NCBI GenBank assembly: GCA_951406725.2
Contig: OX597828.1
Coordinates: forward strand, 36,022,001-36,086,000
Direction: 5' to 3'
DNA length: 64,000 bases
DNA from: Octopus vulgaris
Lineage: Eukaryota
Numbering within the stretch: the stretch's first letter is position 1; each line of letters opens with the position of its first letter. Below the pieces are notes generated by a model that saw nothing but the letters and a program-made list of their open reading frames with translations, had not been told where the DNA came from and searched no databases. Below are positions 12,200 through 25,737 of this stretch, piece after piece. The translations under genes were made by a program, and so were the position numbers.

Positions 12200-14919
12200 T
12201 GTATGTATATTGAATGTTTTGGTGCTCTACACAAGGAAAAGCAGTCTCTATCCATGGTATATACATACTTAACATGTATCATTGAAAAGCTAGAAGAAGC
12301 ATTTTTTTTTCATCTGGGAAAAATCCCTTTAAAGATGTGTTAAAAGACAATATACTTCAGAGCTAGGTGCAACAAAATTGCTCCAGAAATGACAAGAATG
12401 ACAAATGCACATTTCACTGTTGTTGCAGCTTGTCAATGTCATTTACTCTAAGTTACTCCTGAAACAAAGTCAAATCAGCCAGTCTGAAATATATAGTGTG
12501 TAAATAATACAGCAGTTTTCAATGATACTGCTAAGTCTGAACAAAATTTGAATTATGAACTAGAAGGAATTTTAGAGTAAAATCTTTATCTATATGATGA
12601 TATGGGCATTAAATATATTTTATATCCTTTTTTTTTTTTTGTTCTTTTAATCTTGTATGGTTTGGCCAGTTTCCAAAATGTCTTTCCACCTTGTTCATTT
12701 AAAGCCAATCATTTGCTCTGATGCAACCCCATGAGTCACAGTTTTTTTTTCTAATAAATGAAACTCCATGACACTTTAAGTACTCTTTCTCTGATTTGTA
12801 CAAATGTGTGTGTGTGTGTGTGTGTGTAGTAAAATCAATAAAAAGAGTACAGTGAATATTGTGGAAATTGGAAAACTCTCAGATGTAAAACTCTGCTGTC
12901 CTTCATTAATTTCTCTCCTTTCAACTTTTCCTTGAAGGACTTTATCTGAAATGTTGAAATTTTCCTCTCTTCACTGCAAGTTCATTATATTCTTTCAATC
13001 AATTTTGCTACATAAATCTTTGTGGTGCAGACCCAACACCAGCCTCTCTGGAGTCTGTTTGATCATATATACACATTGTGTGTGTGTGTGAAGTGGAAAG
13101 TTAAGATAAACACCAGTATCTATATTTAGTTCCTATGTACACTTCCATACTGGGTGTTCAAAGGGCATTTGGATGCCTGACCACAACAGATCAGGGGAAC
13201 ATTTTATTGCATTTGGTTACGGAATATACATACAGATCACACACACACACACACACGTTAATATCACAAACTGTCAACATACTCAACACAGCATTTGCAG
13301 AGTGTAAATTATCTAATTATTTATCTATTTATTATATATGAAGTGAACACCAATGGCTACACCTTCAAGAAATATTTCACATTATCATGTGTCCACCAAG
13401 GATTACTGCTGGTATATAGTGCAATATATATCAACTTCATAACTAGACACACACACACATATACATACATATACACATATAGTGTTTGTGTGTGTGTACA
13501 AATATGTGTGTATACATGTTTATACATGTGTTTATGTATTATGTGTGCATCTCCATGTATATGTGTATACATGTGTGCGTGTCCGTATTCATACAACAAA
13601 CAGAATTTCTGAGGGTTAACCTTTCATTTTTAATAACAATTGTCCTTCATGTAAGTACAAAGGCTTCAGACATGATTCATTTTTAGAAAAGTTAGAACCA
13701 GAAACTGTGATTTTTTTTTTTTCATGCCTTTTCCCAAATACATTAATTTTTTCAAGTGAAGTGAAATGCAAGCAATCTTGGTTTGAAACTCAGCTGGGAG
13801 CTTACCTTTGTTTTACAGTGTGTTCTCAGGTGTACAGTATTAATATGATAGATTTTTATTTCAAGTAGAAAGGTGGTCTCAGATATACAAAAGAGAGGGC
13901 TAGAGGGAAGAAAACAGGATGTTGTAATGTTCATGCCTTCTTTAGAAGTCTTATCAGTCTAAGAGTAATTCTCAGAATTGGTTGTACACCAACTACTGAA
14001 CTGTAACAAAAATAGCAACAACAACAACAAATAATTATAATAATAATAAAAATGGTTTCTAATACAGGCACAAGGCCAGAGATTTGTGGTGAGGGTAACA
14101 GTTATTTCTAGCAACCCCATCAACCCCAGCACTTCACTGTAGCCCTAGGAGAATGTGAGCAAAGATGAAACCAGCAGGGGAAACATTTTCTGAGAATGAA
14201 CCCTGACGGGGTCAACTTTGCCTCTCATCCTTCAAGAGAAGAGGAGTGAATGGGTCGATAAAATAAATTTCTTTCTTATTTTGGCACAAGGCCTGCAATT
14301 TTGAGGGCAGGGGTGAGTAGATTATATTGACCCCAGCAACTCAACTGGTATTTATTTTATCAACCCTGAAATGTTGAAAGACAAAGTCAATCTCAGTGGG
14401 ATTTGAACTCAGAACATAAAGAGCCAGAAGGAATGATGCTAAGTATTTTTGTCCAGTGTGATAATGATTCTGCCAGCCCGCCACATTTGGATTGATAAAA
14501 TACAAGTACCAGTTAATTACTGAGGTTTTTGATTTTTTTTTTATCAACTGCACTCAAATAACAACAGTTTCTAACATTGGCACAAAGACATGAATTTTGA
14601 AGTATAGTTGGATAACAAATCACAGTGCATAAATTAGTACTTAATTTATCAGACCCAGGATTATAAAATACAAAATCAAATACCATTAGGATATGAACAC
14701 AGAACTAAAAATGACAAAGTGAAATAATATTGGATAGTTAATCTTATATTCTATTAGTTCTGCCAGTCCACCTGTAATTATAATTGTAATTATTATGATA
14801 ATTATTAACCCCCAAAAGGAAATAGTTATATAAGCAGGACTTCCTTGTAAAAGGAGCGAGAGAAAATCTTGGATGAGGGTGGAGGAAACTGCTGGAAACA
14901 GTGAGAAAAGAAAGACGAG

Positions 14920-16110
14920 GCAAAAATGAGCCCAGACAAAAGGCAAGCAAGAGGCTAAGAGTCCCTCATGAAGAGGTGCTGATCCTCGTGGAGTGTCTGA
15001 ACTTTATGGTAAATTTGAAGGGAGAATTCTAACTTACTTATTTAATATTGACCATAAAACAGGATGAATCAAATACTGTGCTGATTGAGGATAGTGGGGT
15101 ATGAGTACCAGGCACTCTTAGATGATAGATGATTGCTAGTGTCACAGGATGTGTTGCATTGACTGAGTCACGATATATGGATATGCAAGTCTGGTCATTA
15201 AAATCAAGAGGGGACAGGTAGAGCAGGTGCACCACACAAATCACCCATAGGCTGATGCTAAGGTACATGGGCCTCAGTAATCTGAGGATCACAATGAGAG
15301 ATACCAAGAAGGATATTGACCCTTTGCTTGTTGTATAGACAGGATGTGGTGTTGGTGTTGTGCTGATTTGACCCACAGCAATGTGTGGCAGAGTGGTGGT
15401 GGTGGGGGTTCCTATGAATCTTCAAGTCCTGATACCCACCCACCCAACTTGATGATTACAAGGCTGTCCTGGAGCAGTACCCAATAGAGGGAGTGGAAAG
15501 GAAGTCAACTGGATTGGTGATGTAGGTCAGAAGGCCCAGTTGCTATATGTACGTTAGTAAAGGCCACTTGAGGTAGTTCAGTCCAGAAGAAAAGCAAAAT
15601 AAAAGAAATAAAAGAGGGTGGCAAACAGCAACAACACCAACAATATCAGGCCCCAGGGGCAAAAAACCCTGCCTGCTCCTATCATTGATTCCAAAGCCCT
15701 ATCAATCACAATTCTATGCATGGCCAGAGCAGAAGCAAAAGAAATAGCCCCACCCTTAAAGCCACCAGTACCAGGGATAGACAATGCCCAAGGATCTTCC
15801 TCCAGCCCAACCAGATGCTATAAGGAGCAATGCTACCCATCGTCTTGGAGCAATGACACGAAACCAAAAACTGAAGAAGGATGGGGAAATTGTCAAGGGT
15901 AAGAGAGTGCGGTACAAACAACTCAGACAAAAGGCAAGCAAAAGGCTGGAAGTTTGACACAAAGAGAGGCCCATCCCCACAGAGTGCCTGAACTTAATGG
16001 TAATTTGAACAGGAAGCCTAGCTTACTTGAGGTAATGCTGACTATGAGAGAGGATGAATCAAATACTGACTGAGGAAGATGGTGGAAGGGTGGTGATGGG
16101 GGAAACAAGT
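14920..16110. repeat. Diverged direct repeat (about 14920-15115 versus 15915-16110), probably a decayed retroelement
   Basis: Both contain cagacaaaaggcaagca...aggatgaatcaaatactg...ccaggcac. Confidence 0.5.
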
Positions 16111-16939
16111 GCCAGGCACCCCTTGGTAATGAATGGTTGTAAAAGACCATGTCAGTGGCTGTTTGACAGTTGAGGAATTATCAAGTTCAGGAGAATTGTA
16201 AAGAGCCCTTCTTCAAAAGGATGAGGGGTGCTTTACAGCTCAATTAAAGCTGAAAGTGCTGATGGGCAATCAAAGCAGGGGATCCAAGCCATGAGCTGCC
16301 CTAAGCCTACCAGAATGGCAGGTTCCTATCCCTGTGTGGATAGGTTTCCCTTATTTGTGTTTCCAAACACTGTATCAAAAATTTACTCTCCCATCCACCT
16401 TATATATGCATGTCATATATATATATACATACATACATGTATGTATGTGTATATATGTGAGAGTGTGTGTGCATGAGACATATGTATGCTTATACATATA
16501 AACACACACATTTTGCAACCCATTTCGTATGACAGATTTTGTATATATGGGTCCCTTGTGGCCAATAAATATTATTTTCAGGTGTCTCAATTATCAAAAT
16601 CTATTTTGTCTTTCATCTTAGTTTCATTGATCAAATTTCCAAATATCTTCAGATACCCATTCTATCTATCTATCTATCTACATATATATATACACAAAAT
16701 TTATAGGACTGACCACTAAAAGTGGACAGCCTATATGCTAAACATAGACGTCAAATCGACATTACCACGAAGAATGTGTTCTCAAGTGGTCAATCTTATA
16801 AATTTTGTATGTGAAACAATTTTTAATCTTCTGATTTTTAAAATATGCTAAGCCACTAGTTTTAATTGATTAATATCAATTTGTACCCTTATTTAATTTT
16901 GCATATATATATATGTATATATATATAAATACACATATA

Positions 16940-17060
16940 TAAAACTATAAATTAGGGTATCTGAGAGATACCACGATGCTGAAATAGCAGTCAAAACCCT
17001 GACCCTTGACTGCTATTTCAGCAGGGTGGTATCTCTCAGATACCCTAATTTATAGTTTTA
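16940..17060. repeat. Near-perfect inverted repeat with 55-bp arms
   Basis: 16940-16994 is the reverse complement of 17006-17060; a related perfect palindrome lies at 22034-22106. Confidence 0.9.
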
Positions 17061-17529
17061 AATAATTATTACCTTTGTATGGTATTTATTCCCATGCTGG
17101 CCACTTGATAAGATCGATATATAAATATCAATATTATCCTTATCTATAAATATATACACACATATATATATATATATATGGCTATACTGACTACATATAC
17201 TTACTTTTTTACATAGCTGAGGATTGTCTCCATCCCCACCAAGATTCTGAGTGGATATCAAATAAATGCAGTTGATAACTTGAAGGAGATATAAAGATGA
17301 CACATATATGTTAAGAAACTGCGAGTAGCAACAGAGGGACTCATCAGCTTCAAGTATATGCATGTGTGTGTGTGTGTATGCACATATTATATATATATAT
17401 ATATGCACACATACGTATATAGAAGATTGAGCCTGTAGAAACTTATGTTAACCAGAAAAAAATAAACACAAAAAATAAGGTAAATACTCCAGAGAATTTT
17501 AAATTATGTCAGAAATTTAAATAATAATA

Positions 17530-17564
<35 letters not shown>

Positions 17565-17901
17565 CACAACTATTTTTGATATTTCTATTAGTTTCATCAT
17601 CATCATCATCATCATCCAATTTTCCTCGTTTTTCACACGTATGAAGTCGATTCTGTTTTTGTTTCTTATTAAGTTTTGTGTTTTATTTTTTTAGATATTT
17701 CTTGATGTTCACGTTTCCACCCACCCCCCACACCGCCAGGGATATTCATTAATGGAGTTTGGAGTTTTAAGGAGTGAATCTGGTAAAACAATTGGTTTTT
17801 CTTTTTTTTTTGGCTTCGCTTTGTTTGGTTTGCTTGCTTGCTTACCATCATGGTACTGGAGCCTGCACAAGCCATCATCTCAAACATCGGCAGCAGCAAT
17901 A

Positions 17902-17933
<32 letters not shown>

Positions 17934-18176
17934 GATAACAATTGTAGCATAAGTAACAATAGAAATAACAGGTACTGGGTGCTTTCAATGGGTAAAATAA
18001 GGGAACGACTAAATGGAAGATAAAGGAAGGGGTATGGTGTTGATGGGAATGATGGAGGAGATGTCAAAAAAAAAAAAAAAAAAAAAAAAACACTCAAAGG
18101 AGTGAGAAATGGAAGTTACTAGTAGGAAGGAATGCCTGCTGCAGGCTGGATTTGAAACAAGTTTCATTAGTGTATG

Positions 18177-18207
<31 letters not shown>

Positions 18208-18854
18208 GCTTATCATCTGACCAAAGGAAGTATTTTTCTGTTAGCATTTGTATATTCTATAACAAGTTTATTTCTGTATTAGATTCCAAAAGAAATAATA
18301 ATAATGATAATGATAATAATAGTAATAACAGTAATAGTAATAAGAATAATGATGATAATGATAAATGACGATTATATTAATATCAAGGACAATTATAATA
18401 ATGATAATAGTAATAGTGATAATGATAATAATGATGATGATGATGATAATAATTAACATTTTTGAAAAAAATACGCAAAAATGTTTATAATATAATTATA
18501 ATATACAGTTTGTGTTTTGTTTACCCTCGTTAACCCTTAGTTAGGATCAGTTGTTTTGTGTGCTTTTTTCTCCGTCTTTCTATATTTATTTCTTCAGTTT
18601 GTTTTTTTTTTCCTTTCTTTCTTGCTTGCTGTTGTAAATATTGTTTTGCTAGTTACCTAGGTTTTGTTGTTGTTTTCATATAAACATATAAAATATACTA
18701 ATGGTATTGTATGGTGTTTGTCACGACTTTCTTTTTCATTGTTTAGCATTTTGTATAAACGATTTCTCTTCATACTTTTACATACAAACATCCATGCATA
18801 AACACACACACACATATACTATCATAATATATATATATATATCTGTGCACACAA

Positions 18855-18888
<34 letters not shown>

Positions 18889-19491
18889 CCATGTATATAT
18901 ACACATGTAGTTTTAAGATACATCTTGTGGATGCTGTGGGATGTATCGTCAGTGAAGTTTCTAGGTATCAGATATTTCAACATCAGACCCCACTCAGCCG
19001 TGGGATAACATATTTGCATATAACTATATATATAAATAAAATTTCATATATATGTATACACACACACACACACATCTATATATATATATATATGTACACA
19101 CACACATACATGTACAATTATCATATCAGCAGCTGACAGTCTATAGTGAGATTCGCCCTAGTCTGGGAAACAACCATCAACCTTTGATATACTAAACATA
19201 TCTGTCTATTTCACCCAACATAATGAATTTCTAGATCAGAAAATGTTTGCATGATGTAAAATATATTTTATATTTTACATAATGATATACATATATGTAC
19301 ACAGCTATACATTCATGTGTATATATATGTGTGTGTGTGTGTGAGAATTTGCATGAATATATGTGTATATAGACATATGTATATATTTCTAGATATATCC
19401 ATATAAATACATGTATACATACACACATGTATATATTTTTAGATATATCTATATAAATAAATACAAGTATACATACACACATGTATAAATC

Positions 19492-19546
<55 letters not shown>

Positions 19547-19595
19547 TTTTAGATATATCTATATAAATACATACACACGTATAAATCTCTGTGTG

Positions 19596-19626
<31 letters not shown>

Positions 19627-19951
19627 ATTTACATACATATATTTTATAATATTGTTCTTTCATTCGTACATTTTGCATCTGCTTTACCATGCCTCAGAGT
19701 TGGACAGTTATTTAAGGCAAAATTTTATACCCAGGTGCTCTTCCTGCTGCTAACCCTTACCTGTATTTCAAGTAAGGGATTTTTTTTTATTCTAGACATC
19801 TTCGAAAATGCAGATCAGCCAGTCATAGTATGAAGGAATACCAATATCACCCTCGTTTCAATCAAGGAACAACAAATATGGAATATTACCATTCGTGCAC
19901 ATTTGTGTACACGCACATGTGCATGAACAGATATGAGTGTACGCTATAACC

Positions 19952-20370
19952 ATTATTTACATTTGATGAATATTTGTCCTCATCTTGTTTGTTGTTAACA
20001 CAACGTTTCGGCTGATATGTCCTCCAGCCTTCATCAGGTGTCTTGGGGAAATTTCGAACCTGGGTTCTCATTCCTAAGGTAGTTTTCAATGTTGTTATTA
20101 TTATTGTTATTATTATTCAGGTCACTGCCTGGAATCAAACTTGGAATCTTGGGTTAGTTCCGAGTTCGATTCCTGGCAGTGACCTGAATAATAATAATAA
20201 TAATAATATTGAAAAATACCTTAGGAATGAGAACCCAGGTTTGAAATTTTCCCAAGACACCTGATGAAGGCTGGAGGGTATACCAGCCGAAACGTGTTAA
20301 CAACAAACAAGATGAGGACAAATATCTGTCAAATGAAAATAATTCCTTATCTCTTAAATATAGAACTGTA
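19952..20370. mobile_element. Hammerhead-bearing tRNA-headed element (family E), inverted dimer
   Basis: Left arm is the reverse complement of the right arm; B box GAGTTCGATTCC at about 20162; hammerhead motif in each arm. Confidence 0.85.
19997..20042 (-). ncRNA. Minimal type I hammerhead ribozyme with intact core
   Basis: GACAC-CUGAUGA-A-GGCUG[loop]CAGCC-GAAAC-GUU-GUGUU; palindromic AACGUU stem III as in Penelope-type minimal hammerheads. Confidence 0.75.
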
Positions 20371-20828
20371 TAGTCTATATCAATCTAACTTTTTCTTTAA
20401 AAAGCCAAATGAAGGTTTCTAACACCAATACTGACCTACCATCTGTGTCAAGTTGAAAAGAGATTATAAACTTTGTTTTATTAACTCTAAAATAGCACAA
20501 TACTAGGTTTAGGCAAGTGTCTTGATTAGTCATAATAAAGACTTGAACCAATCCAAATTGTGACTTGAAGGCCTGAATATGACACGTCTACCACACAAAC
20601 CTCTTTAAATCTTTAGTCCTTTACATACATGCCTGATTGTACCCAAACAAATTTTAACTATCAAACTAGAAAAACTCTCTCCATTATCCCTCGCCCTGCA
20701 TATATGTACCTTCTGACCATATCCATTTACCACCTTTCAACATCATTTCCATTTACATTACTCCATCTATCAAGGGAACACCATGCCAAAACAAAATGAT
20801 GAAAAAACCCAAAAGACAAAAGTAAACC

Positions 20829-20866
20829 ACTGCCTGATGACAGCCTATAAGCTGAAACTTTGGTGT
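20829..20866 (+). ncRNA. Decayed minimal hammerhead from another family
   Basis: actgc-CTGATGA-cagc-ctataa-gct-GAAAC-ttt-ggtgt. Confidence 0.45.
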
Positions 20867-21910
20867 CAGTCAACCTTATCTTTCTTAAAATATAAATTGT
20901 ACTAAACTAAAAAGTATTCAGTGATCCTTCAGCTTGTTGAATTGTTTTTTAATATAACTTCACATAAAAACATTTATAGATATATAGACACACACATATA
21001 CATAAACACACGTGTGTACAGATATGTATGCCATCTCAACATTTTTTCCCTCTCTGCCCCTACTACACCTCCCCCCCAACCACTTTTCTCTTAACCTGAT
21101 ATGTTTCTTCTCCCTTACCTTCTCTAGATCCTCATCTATCTTCCAGTATTTCATGCCAATTCCTACACCTTGCACCTATATTTCTCCCTTTAGTATGCGA
21201 TAGAACTAGATCACCTTTATTTTTTAACCTTCCATCCTGTCCCTTCTCTCCCCCCTCTACACAACCTGTTCTATCAACCTTCTGCCTGGTCCTTTCTCTC
21301 TTAAAATTGTTCCTCTCATTATATTCCAATCTTTCATCACCTCGCCTAAAATTATTGCTCTTTCTCGCATTTCTCCTTTCAGTGTTGTAGTTAGTTTAAT
21401 TTCCCCAGTTACAACATGGCCTCACTTCTGCTGATGCCATGCAAAACAAAAAAAAAAAGGAAAAAAAAGAAGAAAAAAAAGAACAAAACACATCTGATAA
21501 ACTCTGTAAAATGGTTAGCCTTAGGAAGAATGGCATCCAGCCATGCAGGAGTGAGACAAGACCACAACATAGTCATCTCAAGTCGTCAGATCCTGTCAAA
21601 CTGTCCAACCCATGCCCGCATGGAAGCAGATATAAAATAAAGATATAACATTAATTTAATGGCTCATTTGAAACTCTATATATACATAAATATTCATACA
21701 TTTAAACACACATACACACAAAGGTATATATGTGTGTGTGTGTGGTGTGTGTGTGTGTGTATATATATATATACATACATATATATATGGTCTTCCTGAT
21801 CTTTGATACATTAATTTTCCTATACACACATTTGTAACTATGCATATTTATATCTATACATACATATCAATACATGTATGTATATTTATACATCAATATG
21901 CATATGTGTG

Positions 21911-21941
<31 letters not shown>

Positions 21942-22167
21942 TATCAATAATAAAAGGGCAAAATTAATTAATTATTAATTAATTTTACCAAGTAGTGTTC
22001 AGTATGTAAAAAGACCATTTACGGTATATTTAAAACATTACGTTATATAATTAGGGTTCAGTAAAATAATTTATTTTACTGAACCCTAATTATATAACGT
22101 AATGTTATATATATATATATATATACACACATAAATATTTACATGTAGCTCTATCTCTCTCTCTCTC

Positions 22168-22205
<38 letters not shown>

Positions 22206-22687
22206 ACACACACACACACACATACATATATTTATGCATATGCACATACACCTATATGAAAGAGAGAGAGATTTACGTGCATACATACATAGACGTGTGT
22301 GTGTATGTGTGTGCATGCAATAAGTGATTCTTCATTGTTTTGCTTCCTTTTCTTCAGACCATTCGGTATTCTCTGTCTCCACTTCTCCTTCCTGACCGCT
22401 TTTCCGTGACGTACTGACTGACCGTTGCTGCTAGTGTAGCAATTGGTTTACTGTGACTACAGCTTTGCATTTGTTGCTACGTGGGCTTACATTTAAATGT
22501 GTTATGTAACATGTGTGTTGCAGTAGTTGTAATCGGAGTTAACAAGGGTGACAAATGTGACTGACAAGGGAGATAAATTTTTCATCCCTTTATTTTCTTT
22601 TTGGTTACTCCCCCTTCCCATGGAGACCCTGTTTATTATTTATATATTTTATTTTGTTTTCCAGTTTTGCACTATGATTGTCAAATT

Positions 22688-22852
22688 TCAAAAAAAAGTT
22701 CCAACTTTGGTACGTGTTTTCTCTTGAAGGGCACTGGCTGAAGTTGATTGCCGTAACTGGCGGTGCGGTGTCGATTCTCTGTGAGCCTTTACAGTAGAAG
22801 ACCCGGACACTAGTGCCGGCTCATTTGACGAATGGATCTCTCCAGTCGGTGC
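22688..22852 (-). CDS. PDZD2: PDZD2-like exon I (probable terminal exon of at least one isoform)
   Basis: Strong polypyrimidine tract and tactgcag acceptor; phase 0 APTGEIHSSNEPALVSGSSTVKAHRESTPHRQLRQSTSASALQEKTRTKVGTFF then TGA; minus-strand AATAAA at 22632-22637 and 22589-22594. The stop follows an 8-base homopolymer, so the 3' end is less certain. Confidence 0.65.
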   Translation of the reverse strand, partial: APTGEIHSSNEPALVSGSSTVKAHRESTPHRQLRQSTSASALQEKTRTKVGTFF

Positions 22853-23436
22853 CTGCAGTAAACAAAAAGAAAAAAAAATTAGTCCTTATCCTTTCTGTAA
22901 TTTCGGTGTTAAAAAAAAAAGAGGGGGAGCGGGACTGCCAATTTTATGAATCCTGAATATTTGACTGGTACTTGTACTATCAACCCTTGGAAGGCTGAAA
23001 TAATTTCAGAGATGGTGCTGCTGGTTCAATTGCTAAAGAGTTAAACTGTGCTCATCCATACCTACATTGTTTAAAATAAGAGAAGAGGAAGTTCTCATGA
23101 TTTCTACAGTTCCTGCTGACCCCTGGTTGATGCCCAGAAGAGACATGTTTACAGGAAGGGAATGAGAGAAAGTGGTCTGAATGCTTGCAAGAAAATGAAC
23201 TCCACTAAAGGTATCCAAAGATCCAAAGAGATGGTGCTGATGGTGCTAAACCAGGTGCTGTGATTAAATGTATCACTCACAGAAGTATAGAGAGAAATGA
23301 AAATAACTATTTTGAAGAAATGCATAATTTGTAAACTCAAAACAATAAATGGCCCAACGTATTGCACAAGTTTATATTTTGATGGCTTAACCCTGCAGTT
23401 CCGCATAGCCCCAGCCCATTCAAAGTACCTTGGATT

Positions 23437-23826
23437 TCAGAACAACCTGCTGTGCTTGAGGAGACTTATTGAGTCAAGTACATGAACATCGAAATAAATA
23501 TCAAATGGAAATAGTAGTTGTGATACCTGTGCCGGTGGCACGTAAAAAGCACCATCCGAACATGGCCAATGCCAGCGCCGCCTTGACTGGCTTCTGTGCC
23601 GGTGGCACGTAAAAAGCACCAACTGATCGTGGACGCTGCCAGACTCCCCTGGCACGTAAAAAGCACCCACTACACTCACAGAGTGGTTGGCGTTAGGAAG
23701 GGCATCCAGCTGTAGAAACACTGCCAGATCAGACTGGAGCCTGGTGCAGCCTCCTGGCTTCCCAGACCCCGGTCGAACCGTCCAACCCGTGCTAGCACAG
23801 AAAACGGACGTTAAACGATGATGATT
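23437..23826 (+). mobile_element. RTE-derived 3' end repeat
   Basis: gccggtggcacgtaaaaagcacc units and (gat)n tail; more copies at about 27320-27550, 32230-32505, 51805-52060(-), 52710-53140(-). Confidence 0.8.
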
Positions 23827-24187
23827 ACTTTGTCTAACATAATCCTTACTTGTTCACATTTTTTCAAGTTGATTCTGCGTTATGTTGTAGCTTTGACATT
23901 TCAATGATGTGATTGTTTATTTTTAGAATAGCACTGCAGGGTAGGTGTAAGAGGAAGGATATGGCTGGTTTAAACGCTAAAGAGTTAAGTACAAGAAGAG
24001 TAGCAAACTTGACCTTTTGCAGGGTATCTGTACCCGACAGAAGTGAGAAGAAACCACAACACATGGGTTATTCTCAGGTGAAAGGCCTAAATGCCAGATA
24101 ATGGGGATAATGCTACATACAAATCAATGACCCATTGTAGCAATACGAGAGAGAGAGAGAGACAGAGAGAAAGAGAAAGATTCTTAC

Positions 24188-24320
24188 CACATAATTTGGC
24201 TTTCTCTGTACAACAATAGATACATTTCCTGAACGATCTTTTTGTAATAACTGATGAACATCAAGTAAATTTAAACCAGCTGTGCTTTTATTATTAATTT
24301 CCAGTAGGATATCCCCCTTG
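24188..24320 (-). CDS. PDZD2: PDZD2-like exon H (C-half of PDZ-c)
   Basis: tttttcag/gtaaga; KGDILLEINNKSTAGLNLLDVHQLLQKDRSGNVSIVVQRKPNYV; phase 2 to 0. Confidence 0.9.
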
Positions 24321-25622
24321 CTGAAAAACAGAAACAAATGAATAGATTACTAGAAAGGCAATAGACAAGTGCATGGATGTTGATAGTCAGACAGGCAGAA
24401 GTCAGATAAATAGGTCAATATATTATTAAAGAGACAGACAGGTAGAATTTGTAAGTAGCAACATAGATGGACATATAGGTAATCAGACAGACATCGCTGG
24501 ATAAACAGAAAGCTATGCTGGAAGATAATAGGGCAAATCCACAGTTACATAGATGGTTGGACAGAAAGGTGGGTGGTGAGTGGACAGTCGGACAATCAGA
24601 TGAATAAGCAAATGATCAGGCAGATGGTTGGACAGAAAGTAGATGCCAGATGAAAAACAGATGGTTTGCAGGATAGATCTGTTAACAATATCACATTGTC
24701 TATTAGATCTTATGAGACCTTATCATATTTTATACTAAATGTGGTGACATATTATCAAAGTCTGCTGGGTGTGGTGTTACCCATCCAGCATAACACTAAC
24801 TTTAACTTATTACCAAAAGATTCTGTGCTATACCATTATAATCACTGTTGGAACTGCTTAAGACATAATTATAATTCAGGCAATCAGAATTCATATCTGA
24901 ATTTTTTTGTCTCCACATGTTTTGCATTTGAAAAATAAAATGAGTTTTCTGTGTGTCTACAAGCAGCCCTCAAGATTCATCGACTCAAATTTCATATTCC
25001 TCGGACTTTTGAAAGTTAAACAAGCAAATTTTGAGAACAGTCTCTATTCTGTGGATCTGGTGTGTAAATAGAATCATTTGGCGAAAAGAGGAATTACCAT
25101 CATCATCAATTTAAAGTCCACTTTTACATACTGGCATGAGTTAGATGGAATTTGCTGAGGCAGAGATTCTATGGCTGGATGCCCTTCCTGTCACCAACCC
25201 TCACCTGTTTCCAAGTACGATAACCAGACATGTTTTTGTGTAAGATTGAAAATAGAGGAAAATGCTTGTATGTCAGTGACACTCGCCTACAGCTACCACA
25301 GAATGTCATGGCAGGGAAACAGTAATGAACACATAAACACACATATATACAAAAGGTTTCTTTTAGTCTTTATCTACCAAATCCATGGACAAGAGTTCAG
25401 TCAGCCTGATGCTATAGTAGAAGACATTAGCACAGGATGTCATACAGTGGGAATAAACCTGAGACCATGTGCTTGGGAAGTAAACTTCTTACCCCCCCCA
25501 CACACACACACCTATTTACAAAATTCTAGAGAATAGGAAACAATTCTAGAATTGCTGTCAGAGAACTGTTGTCATGGCCACAAAACAGCCACCACAACAA
25601 CAAAGAAATTCAAAGAACTTAC

Positions 25623-25737
25623 CGTAGTCGTCCGTCATTGTAAGCTGGAGTTCCCTTAGCAACATCACTAACAAGGAACCAATCGGTACCATTTATTGAG
25701 CTACGTACTATAATAATTCCTAAACTTTTGTCAGGTT
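25623..25737 (-). CDS. PDZD2: PDZD2-like exon G (PDZ-c; absent from ORF track)
   Basis: cttcag/gtaagt; QPDKSLGIIIVRSSINGTDWFLVSDVAKGTPAYNDGRLR; phase 1 to 2. Confidence 0.9.

Noticed and set aside
13806-13934. Minus-strand frame ending in AAG/gtaagc
   Set aside because: Good donor but no recognisable peptide, and the nearby acceptor phase does not fit exon H.
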